64,000 nt of DNA. It comes from Camelus dromedarius (taxonomy: Eukaryota). Below are positions 26,180 to 36,500 of this stretch, one piece after another. Under the pieces are notes generated by a model that was given only the letters and a program-made list of their open reading frames with translations, was not told the DNA's origin and did no database searches. Position 1 is the stretch's first letter. Each line of letters begins with the position of its first letter. The stretch lies in assembly GCF_036321535.1 (NCBI RefSeq), contig NC_087436.1:83392001-83456000 (forward strand). Direction: 5' to 3'. Position numbers and translations under genes: made by a program.

Positions 26180-27250
26180 GGGGCGTTATCTGCGTCGTCA
26201 TTCTCCTCTGCAATCTCTGCCCCCGCTTACTTGGCGTCATCAGGCGCTGCGGAGTGGGGACCCTCATCTTTGGCGGCAGCTGCCGCCTCCGCCGCAGCCT
26301 CTGCCGCAGGCTCTTCCTCCTCTTCCTCCTCCTCCTCACCCTCCTCCTCATCCTCATACTCTTCATCATCGTCTTCATCCTCCTCGCCCTCTAAGGTCCA
26401 TGCACACCCCTCCATCTCACCGGTGAGCTCCTGGATCTTGGCAAGTAAGGGCTTATAGATGTCGTTATACTTTTTCTCCAGAGCCTGAAATTCCTTATCA
26501 AATTTGGCTTCTATCTTATCGCATCGCTTCTGCAGCTTTTTGAGGGCCAGGACTCGGCATTTCACCGAGTTAGGCAGGCTCTCGATAAAGTCATTCCTAG
26601 GCTTTGGTGCATTCTCTGCAGGGGTCTGGGGCTCCTCCGCCGTCTGACCGGCCGCGCCGTCGGAGTCGCCGGCCGCGCTGTCAGAATCGCCCCCCTGCGC
26701 ACCGCCTTCCGCCATTACCTCCTCTGCCGCCGCGGCCGCCTCCGCTGCTGCCGCCGCCGCCTGGCTTGGCTCCGCAGGGCCCTGGTTCTCCGAGTCGGCC
26801 ATGTTCGAGAAGCGCGGAGGTCTAGGCTGGCTCCTGCAGAGACCTGCACCCGACTGCACCACAGCGGTCCTGCGGCTGCGGCAAGCGGCAAGCGGCGCTG
26901 ACGTCGGCCGCGGCAGTGACGTGGGCGCGGCCCCGCCCTTTCGCCCGCGGGCTCCCTTGACTGGCTCCCCGGCATCAGCTGATGGTCGGGCCCTCGAACG
27001 GCGCCAGCCTCCTCCTGTTGCTACCCGGCCGGCTCCCCGCACTGCGGGCGACGTCAGTCCCCGTCTCTTAGATACCCTCCCCCGTCCGCCCACGCACCCC
27101 TCCCCCCCGAAAGCGGGGGTGGGGAATGGCAGCGGGGGTCCGCGGCAGTTTTCCGGAAGCTGCGTGGACGGTCTCAGCCTGTTCGCTCCTCAAGCCCACG
27201 CAGGTGCTTACATCTGGCAGTGCATCTGGCTTGGCGTTTGTCGCCATCTC
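26180..27250. promoter_or_regulatory. CpG island / NAP1L5 promoter, probable imprinted germline DMR
   Basis: Dense CpG; CRE-like TGACGT at 26899, 26917 and 27049-27056; GC box at 26931-26938; many TGCCGC hexamers. Imprinting is inferred from orthologues. Confidence 0.85.
26227..26802 (-). CDS. NAP1L5: Nucleosome assembly protein 1-like 5, intronless retrogene, 191 aa
   Basis: MADSENQGPAEPSQAAAA...FIESLPNSVKCRVLALKKLQKRCDKIEAKFDKEFQALEKKYNDIYKPL...acidic tail; strong Kozak (aacATGg); antisense within a HERC3 intron. Confidence 0.96.
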   Translation of the reverse strand: MADSENQGPAEPSQAAAAAAEAAAAAEEVMAEGGAQGGDSDSAAGDSDGAAGQTAEEPQTPAENAPKPRNDFIESLPNSVKCRVLALKKLQKRCDKIEAKFDKEFQALEKKYNDIYKPLLAKIQELTGEMEGCAWTLEGEEDEDDDEEYEDEEEGEEEEEEEEEPAAEAAAEAAAAAKDEGPHSAAPDDAK

Positions 27251-28859
27251 CCCGTAGCTGGCATTTGGTAGGCCTTGGTAGGGAGTCTCTCTGGCTTACT
27301 CGGCTTTGATCACCTCAGATTCCACTGAATTTTTTCCCAGAAAGTAGAGGTGCGGAAGAGCTGACTCCATTCCACCCGCTTTGGGACCTGTGTGCGTGGT
27401 GGGGGCGCAGGGGATAATGTAGCTTGCATGCCCTTCCCCCCACCCTCGCCCCCCCCATCTTGGCCCTTTATCAGCCTAGCGGCATGAATACCGGTGGCAG
27501 GGTCTCTTCCCAGCAGGATGGACCCTGAAACGTTTGGATCGGGAATCTCAGGAACCCGGGTATCATGGAATGTTCTAGAAGGTTCTTAAGAATCTGTATC
27601 CTGTGAGGAGGAATAAAGCTGGAGGAGGGCCAAAGAAAGCAATACTATCTGACACCTGTGGCCCAGGGGACGGCCCCCGCCCCCATCTTATCCGGGTTGA
27701 AGCATGTGTTTAGTACTGCTGTTAATGGGGACACACACGCACCCCCACACAAACACACACACGTTTACCCACAGACATTGTTTCCAAGGCACGCCGCAGT
27801 TAAGCCTCTGTTCTGTGCGTCTTGCTGGTGATTTGTATCTGAGAACACAAATAAAGGTGTTAAATACCGAACTCTTGTTTTCTAATAGTCAGATGAGTAG
27901 ACATTTTAATTCTTTATTAAGCCAAAAAACGATAGCTTCTTGAAGAAGGATGAGGGCGCATATTTTAGGTGTGGAAGACAAACGATCCTTCAGGAGTGTT
28001 TTCTAACTCAGCATTACTGATATAAATGCTTTTCTTATGTTGGAACTTGCTGAAGTTTTTCCATAAAACGTATGAATGTTAAGAATATTACTTCCCAAAG
28101 TACATTTTGTGCTTTTTGTTCTTGGGAGTATTAAATTAGTTAATATGTTTAGCTTTTATTGCTGACACTTAGCAAGCATTTGATAAGTGTTTTGTTTACA
28201 AAATAATTAAATTGCATGTATTAAAATGCAGAGATAAAGTGCAATAATATTCTCTTTTAGAAAAGGACATCTTTGTGCCCTTCCCCAAATAATGTAACTA
28301 TTTACAAAAGGCCCAATATATTGCCATTAGCCAATATCCTAGGTTTTTTGGTACTTGTGAATCCTGTTATTTATTTTATTTTCTTAATTCTGTTCCATAT
28401 AATTTACTTTCAGTTTCCTTATTGCCATTTGTAATGACCGAGTTTTGTTAAAGTTGAAATTTTAATCTTAACCCTAACTGAATTTGCTAAAATAATATAT
28501 CTATATTTAGTTAACTGATACTACACATGTTCTATATGTCACTCACATGTTCCATGTATCACCTCTTGAGGTTTGGAATGCTTTTTCTCATTTTTTAAAA
28601 TAAGGAACTTAGAAGCAGAAAAATAAAGTGAAATAAATATTCTCTTACTTTATGTATCACCTGATGGGCAGAAACCAGGCCTTCTAACTCCTATAGTATA
28701 GAAGCTGTGACACAGTTTAAAAACACCAAACAAAACTCAAAACTTTAATCAAATCCATTTAACTTAACTTGCTTGAGACAGACAAGGTGTGCCCATCTTT
28801 TAGAATTTTTATTTTTCCCTCTTTAAAAAATCTTTAAACTTAGTGATAAGCTAGGCTAC

Positions 28860-30240
28860 TCTTTTTTTAGAGTCTGTATTGAGATATAAATTATGTACTA
28901 TAAATTTTAGGCTCTTCAGGATAATGTGACAAAAACACTACGGTAATCAAATTGTTGAACAATAACCTTATTCCCCCGTCCAAATTCCCTCATAGTCCTT
29001 CCCTTACTGCCAGCCCTGGCAGCCGCTGATCTGTTATCTGTCACTGTAATTGTTTTGTTTTGTTTTCCATGGAATGTCATATAAATGGAATCATATGTGT
29101 GTAGCCTTTTGAGCCTGGTCTTTTTCATTCAGCATAATACATTTGAGATTCATTGGTGGTGTTGCATATAGTAGTGTTTGTTCCTCTTTATTAATGAGTA
29201 ATATTCCCATTTGAGGTTTTTTTTTGGTGTGATTATGAATAATGCTGCTTAGAATGTTCATCGGCAGATTTCTGTGTAAACAAAGGTTTTCATTTCTCTT
29301 GGGTAAATACCTAGAAGTGGAATTGCTGGGTCAGATGGTAAACGTCGGTTTAGCTTTATAAGAAACTTCCACATTGTTTTTCAAAGTGGCTGTACCATTT
29401 TGCTTTCATACTAGCAATGTATGAGAGCTGTAGTTGCTCCACATCTTCCTGAGCGTTTAGTATTTCTTGGTTTTTTTGTCCCTTAGTCTAAGGGCTGTGT
29501 CTGGTGTCCATAATAACTAATGATACTATCTTCCAATGTGCTTATGTGTCATTCATATATCTCTTTTGTTAAAATGTCTGTTAAGATCTTTTCCTCATTT
29601 TCTAAACTGTATTTTTTACTCTCATTAACTGTTTTAATGTTTTTATATATTCTGGGTACAGGTCCTGTGTGTGATATGTGTTTTGTAAATATGTTCTTCC
29701 AGCCTGTGGCTTGCCTTTCATTTTTGTAATAGTGTCTTCAAAAAGCAGACATTTTAAATTTTGATAAATCCATTTTATTAATTTTTTCTTTATAGATTAT
29801 GCTTTTGGTGTCATAGTTAAGAAATCTTTGCCAAATTCAAAGCCATAAAGATTTGGTCTTACATTTCCTTCTAGAAGTTTTATAATTTAAAGTTTCACAT
29901 TTAGACTCTGATCCATATTGAGTTAGCTATCTTTCATAAAGGCATGAGGTATAGGAATATATACCTTTTGCATATGGATAGTCTGTTGATACAGTACCAT
30001 TTATTGAAAACACTGTCCTTTCTCCACTGAATTGCTCATTTAAATTTGTTGAAAACTAATTGACTGTATACATGTGGATCCATTTCTGGACTTTCTGTTC
30101 TGTTGCACTGATTTGTGTGTCTGTCCCTTTCACCAATACCACACTTGATAACCGAAGCTTTATAATAGTAAGTCATGAAGTTAGGTAATGAGAGTCCTCT
30201 TAGTTCTTTTCCAAAATTGTATTGCTCCTCTAGTTCTTCC
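28860..30240 (-). mobile_element. Old LINE-1 3' fragment
   Basis: L1 3' UTR and ORF2 remnants (ORF 30036..30242: LSLPNFMTYYYKASVIK...NRTESPE). Confidence 0.8.
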
Positions 30241-30269
30241 ACCTTTTTTTCTTTTGTGTGTGTGTGTGT

Positions 30270-31248
30270 TTGTTTATTTATTGAAGTATAGTCAGTTTAC
30301 AGTGTTGTGTCAATTTCTGGTTTGTTTTCTATGTGAGTCTGTTCTTGTTCTATAAGTAAGTTTGTCTTTTTAAAATTTTTATTTATTTTTTATTGAAGTA
30401 TAGTCAGTTTACAATGTTATGTCAGTTTCTGGTGTACAGCACAATGCTTCAGTCATACATGAATATACATATATTCGTTTTCATATTGTTTTTCACTGTA
30501 AGCTATTACAAGATACCAAATATAGTTCCCTGTGCTATGCAGTATAAACTTGTTTATCTATTTTATATATACCAGTCAGTATATGCAAATCTCATGCATC
30601 TAATTTGTCCCTTCCCGTTTCCTTTCCCCCTGGTAACCATAGATTTGTCTTCTATGACTGTGAGTCTGTTTCTGTTTTGTAAATAAATTTGTCTTTTTTT
30701 TTTTTTTTAGATTCCACATATGAGTGATATCATATGATAGTTTTCTTTCTCTTTCTAGCTTACTTCACTTAGAATAACAGTCTCCAAGACCATCCATGTT
30801 GCTGCAAATGCATTATTTTATTATTTTTTATGGCTGAGTAATATTACATTATATAAATATACCACAACTTCTTTATCCAGTCTTCTGTTGATGGACATTT
30901 AGGTTACCACCATGTCTTGGCTATTGTAAATAGTGCTGCTATGAACATTAGGGTGCATGCATCTTTTTGAATTAAGGTTCCCTTTGTATGTATGCCCAGG
31001 AGTGGGATTGCTGGATCATATGATAAATCTATTTTCAGTCTTTTGAGGAATCTCCATATTGTCCTCTGTAGTGGCCACACCAAACTACATTTCCACCAAC
31101 AGTGTAGGGAGGGTTCCCTTTTCAAAACACCCTCTCCAGCATTTATCGTTTGCAGACTTTTTTGAATGATGGCCATTCTGACTTGTGTGAGGTGATACCT
31201 CGTTGTAGTTATGATTTACATGTCTCTGATAATTACCGATATTGAGCA
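30270..31248 (-). mobile_element. Young lineage-specific LINE-1 3' end, preceded by a short internally deleted copy
   Basis: ORF 30904..31176 ([10 protein letters not shown]...MFIAALFTIAKTW); tail very similar to the copy at 58518-58789. Confidence 0.9.
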
Positions 31249-31700
31249 GAGATTAACATTTGATTCAGGAAACTGAGTAAAGCAGATTGCCCTTCTGGTG
31301 TGCATGGGTCTCATCTAATCAACTGAAGGCCTGAATAGAACAAAAAGGCTGAATAAGAGGTAATCCTTCTGCCTGACTGCCTTTGGGCTGGGGCAGCCAT
31401 TTTCTCCTGCCTTCGGACTCTAATGGAAGCATCAGCCCTTCCAGGGTCTTGAGCCTGCCTGCTTTTGGGCTAGAACTACATCATTGGCTCTCTGGGTCTC
31501 CAGCTTACTGACTAGAGATCTTGGGACTTGTGAGCCTTCATTATTGCATGAACTAATTCTTTATAATCTCCCTGTATATATATATGTATATGTATGTGTG
31601 TATGTGTGTGTATATATACACATATACACACACACACACACCGGTGCACATGCACAATCACTCCCTATTTGTTCTGTTTCTCTGGATAATCTGGACTAGT
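31249..31700 (+). mobile_element. MLT2-like ERVL LTR, partial
   Basis: gattaacattt...ctgagtaaagcagattgccct...ttgaaggcctgaatagaacaaaaagg-type motifs, ending tctgtttctctgga. Confidence 0.8.
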
Positions 31701-33030
31701 ATATCATGTAAATATCATTAAAATCAGGTATGGGTGAGACTTGAGGTTTGATTCACACTGAGGCAAAATTCTTCTATAGCCTGTGAACCTGTGAAACTAG
31801 ACAAATTTTTTGCTTCCAGTTACAATGGTGGGATAGGCATTGGAAAGACATTCCCATTCTAAAAGGGTGACATCAGGAAGGGGAAGGGGGTCACAGGCCC
31901 CAAGCAAATCATAAACCTAGCAGGGCAAATTTCATTAGATTTTAAGGCTTGGAGATTAATCCTCTTCAGTTCCGTGCTCTGTCCTCTGGCCCCTTGGGGT
32001 GTTAGTCCTGCCTTATAAGGTTGTGGAGGTCTGGTCCTGGTTCCTGGACCTACGCCCATGTTGGCAGTGATAGTCCCACTGGACTCTGATCTGCCTTTGG
32101 GATCATTCTTCCTCTTTCTTGAAAGATAACACCTGTTTGCAGCCAGTTAGCTCCACTGGCTCATTTCACACCTGTGGAATCCCGACAGCCTTCTTTCATT
32201 TTGTCCCATCTCTACCCCTCAATACAAGCTGGCAGTGTTTCTGCCAGTATAAAATTCTCATAAACCCTGTTGGCCTCCCAGGCATTTCATGGTGGTCCAA
32301 GTCATCAGACAAGAGGGTCCTCCACAGATCTTTCCTGGATAGCCAGCCACATCTCTGTTCCTGGCCTCTGCTGTGATGGTTGATTGGATCCATGAGTCAC
32401 ATGCCTGATCTCTTTAGTAAATCAGTGTTCAGCCACACCCTTGGCATTGCTTCCAGAGCATGCTATCTGGATAGGTTAAGAATTTTCCTAACCTTGAAGT
32501 TCTAGTCCTTTTTGCTTAACAATTCCCTCTTCAATTTATCTCTTTCCTCTTGCATTTTACTATAAGCAGCAAGAAACCAGACCACACCTTCAATACTTTG
32601 CTCAGAAATCTCCTCCACAAAATAACCAAGTTTATCAAGTTTTACTTTCTGCAAGACACTAGAACGTAATTCAGCCAAGTTCTCTGCCACTTTATAACAA
32701 GATTGCCTTTCTCCAATTTTCAAAAAATAACGTGTTCTTCATTTCCATCTGAGATTTCACCAGAGTATTTTAACATTCATAATTGTAGCAATATGCTGTT
32801 TATGATTTATATTTATTTTCCACACAGCAGCTTTCTCTACAGTTTTCTTCTTTCTGAGCTCTCACCAGAATCTCTTTTAATGTGTATATTTCTATCAACA
32901 GTCTCTTCAAGGCAGTCTAGGCTTTCTCTATCACTGCCGTAAAACCCTTCCAGCCTCTACCTATACCCAGTTTCAAAGGCACTTTTACATTTTAGATATT
33001 TGCTATTATAGTACCCTACTTCCTGTTACC
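31701..33030 (-). mobile_element. MaLR (MLT1-type) internal sequence fragment
   Basis: ggtatgggtgagact...tgtgaacctgtgaaa...acaatggtgggataggcat...acattcccatt motifs. Confidence 0.6.
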
Positions 33031-33035
33031 CAAGT

Positions 33036-33066
33036 CTGTCTTAGGGTTCTCCAAACAGAACCAGTA

Positions 33067-33147
<81 letters not shown>

Positions 33148-33505
33148 AAAAGAGAGACTGACTTTAAGAAATCTGCTCATGTGATTTTTGGGACTGGCAA
33201 GTCAGAAATCTTCGGAGCAGGATGGCAAGCTGCAAATTCTGGCAGGAGTTGATGTTGCAGTCTTGAGTCAGAAGGCAGTCTGAAGGCCAAATTCCTTCTT
33301 TGGAAGACCTTAGTTTTTTAAAGCCTTTAACTGATTGGGTGAGGCCCACCACATTATGAAGACTAATCTGCTTTACTCAAAGTCTACTGATTTAAATGTT
33401 AATCACATCTAAAAAATTCCTTCACAGCATCATCTTGAGTGATGTTTGACTAAACAGCTGGGCACCATAGCCTAGCCAGATTGATACATAAAATTAACCA
33501 TCACA
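33036..33505 (-). mobile_element. MLT2-like ERVL LTR containing a (CA)n array
   Basis: ttagggttctcca...aatctgctttactcaaagtctactgatttaaatgttaatc...aaaattaaccatcaca. Confidence 0.85.
33069..33145. repeat. (CA)n microsatellite, about 38 units
   Basis: Direct reading. Confidence 0.95.
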
Positions 33506-33571
33506 GTCCATAATAAAAAATCATGCTGATGGTGCTTCTCTTAGGCAGTTGTACCAAAAAGTGTTACTGGC

Positions 33572-36500
33572 TGTTGACGGAATTAAAAAATGCACAACAT
33601 GAGAGCTGTGAGTTTCAGTTTTATTCAGGGAATTTACTGAGGACTATAGCTCTGTCTCAGATAGCTCTGAGGAATTGCTCTATAGAAGAAGGGGATGGAG
33701 CAATATATATGAACTTTTTGGCTGGGAAATACATTTAGTCAAGCATACATCTTGATAAAAGTTTACTGCTAATCTCAAAAAAAGTTAAAAGGTTTCAGTG
33801 CTTGTCAGTATATGGGAAGATGTAAGAATCCGGGATCATTGAAATTCCTCCTTAGATACGTATCTTAACTATCGAGGGGCCCACATGTCTAAAACACAGA
33901 ATTCTTCATTTTGTTTTTTGTCCCGAATTCCTTTCAGGGTGGACTATAGGTCAGTGATTGCAGAAGCTAATGACTTGATCCTTGTAGAACTGAATGGCGG
34001 CCAACATTCTTTGTTTTACAGCTCCCTCCCTTTTGATCATAAATTCAACTAAGATTTGGGAATTATTTCGTGACCAGTTTGTCCCACGGTGCTAAGAAGA
34101 CTTATTCCTAGGGCAGGATCTTGTTGATAGGCCACTCAATGTGCTACTTCTGTATTAGGCCCTGTTAATAACTTAAAAATTCTCTGGATCATCTGTCTTA
34201 CTAGTCTATTATGATCGAGGAAATATTTTTCCCTGTTCCTTTTGCCATATCTAGAGTTGCCCTCTTACAGTTGATCTTTGGGGCTATAAATGTGATCAAG
34301 GGCCTCAAAATATTGAGCCGTCATTAATTTTGTCAGAGACCTGTTTACACATTGAGTAATGCAAGAAACAACAGTCTTAGACAGGATGCAAGTAATACAG
34401 CTAGTAAAATTAATAAGGTCATAAGTAGAGATTTAAGCATAAGCTTCCAGAACCAAATCAGCTCCTTAAAGGATGACCAAGACTAGAAAGTGTATCACTT
34501 AAGGCAGAAATCAGATTTTTCATATGTGTCATTAAATGTGTTCTATCAGAGGATTCATCTGGTATGAGAATGCAGCATTCAGTTTGAATTAGAGGATTCA
34601 TCTGGTATGAGAATGCAGCATTCAGTTTGAATTACGGCATAGGTGCCTGTCTCCTTCAGATGCTATAAAGATACTGAAGGCCGTATGTTTTGTAATACTG
34701 CTTTTTCTCATCACAGACACTTCAGAATTCAGTAGGCTAATACCCTGATTATTACCATTTCAGGCCTGTTGGGTGAATTTTGTCAAGGCTTCAGTGTGGG
34801 CAGTTACAACGTCCAATCCTGCTGAAGGCACAAAAATGGCTGCAAAATGGTTCTACCAGTGAAATGCAGATCTCTTGATCCATCAGGCTTGTCTTAATGG
34901 TAAATTTATTGGAGTCATCTCTAAATTGGCACACTAGTGGCCTTGAGCCCAAGGGAATCCTAGGGTACATTTTCCTATCCATGCTGGCAGAAGCCAGGGC
35001 CACAAATTGGTGCCACAAAGACATTGAGTTCCATTAGGTGCAACTCAGTATATTCCTGGTCACCTGACCCAGTTTGCTCCATCAATTGCTATCTTTAAGG
35101 GAAATGAAATGTTGGCATTTTCCCTAAGGCACTCAGCTGAATTTTCTAGTGTTATTTGGCTGATTGTCTTTAGTATGATTTGATTGTTCCCAACATAGGA
35201 GGGCCTTTAAACTTAAATGACCATAGCCTAGTGTTAGCCATATAAATCAATCCCATAACTGAGGGAGGGTTCCTTCTAATAATTGGGAAATTATGTTCTT
35301 TGACTGAAATTTAGCTTGTTCCTCTGATTGAGCTTGAGTAATTTTAAAAGAGAATTCATGTTTATGGTCGGTCAGAGAAAGTATGATTGATTGGCTGAGT
35401 GAGGGATTCCCATCTAGTAATAACCAGTAGTGGACCTACAGCTTCTTTCTTCTAAAATAAATTTTCAAAGGCCCATTCAGTTAGAGTCTTGGAGATAAGA
35501 AATCCACCAGGGTAAACCAGAAGTACTAGATGTACATAATTGGATTGATTTCTGAAATCTATATAGGATTGTGCTCATGATAGAAGAACATTTGATTCAT
35601 ACGCAGAAGTCCAAGGAATCAGGAAAACACTACAAATAATCATACAGGTCAGGTCTGGAGTTTTAGTATAGCTGTCTACTTCTGAAATCTTCTCATCCTG
35701 GTGTGGGTGTAGTTTCTCCTCTGAGTGTTGTTTCAAGGTGATTTTGAGGTCAGCAGTCCTCTCTATAGAACAGTATGGTGCAGGGGCCCTTCGTAAGGGG
35801 GAAATGGGAGCCCAAGAATGATTTCCTTTTAGTCTCCTGTGCATGAGCTAGTTATGAGCACTTGGTAAGTGTCCTTCCATCTAGGAGTCTTTAAACGATG
35901 CCTTTCCAGTATACATAATCTCCTGGTTGCAGGTAATGGGGCATATGATCTCCATTCAAAGACAGATTACTGTGATAAGCTTTAGAGACAAATTTAGAAT
36001 GTCCTTTTAATAATTCAGTTAAATCTTGCAACAATGCAACATTGTAAGAAGCAGCCATCTAGGAAGTGAGTCTTCAGTAGTAAATACAAACCACAAAGAC
36101 AGTTAACAACACTAGAACTTAATATTCACTGAAACAATTTTTTTCTCTCTAAAATCACCTTCATTTCTACCAAATACAGCCAAATTAAAGTCACATAGGC
36201 TCTTTGAAATTGGCTTTGCTGAAATTTTTCATAAGGAATCTCAGATTGAACTTTTAAAAGGCCTCTCAAGGCCAGAAAAGCCATGCCCAAGACTTCCTCA
36301 AATCAAAGAGGAAGTTCTCTCTCTGTTAAGAGGATAAAGTTTCTTGGAATATTAATCTGATTTTGATAACAGATTGTGAAGTTTCTTTACTTTTTAAGTA
36401 ATCTGTTGTAACCTTCCATATTTGCCTTTGAAATCTTTTTATTGTCACTTTGGTTAAGTAAATAAGTATTGTTTCACAGTGACCTATGTTCCTGTTTGAC

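Noticed and set aside
26803..27093. 97-codon in-frame N-terminal extension of NAP1L5 (288-aa ORF)
   Set aside because: Starts at GTG, runs through promoter motifs in stop-poor GC-rich DNA, and the downstream ATG has a strong Kozak context and matches the known N-terminus
25917..27271. Overlapping ORFs 25917..26426, 26097..26378, 26231..26458 and 26801..27271
   Set aside because: Alternate-frame or antisense shadows of the Glu/Ala repeats and the CpG island
34050..35700. Domesticated env (syncytin-like) gene
   Set aside because: Multiple stops and frameshifts, a 43-bp duplication, and loss of the first Cys of CX6CC
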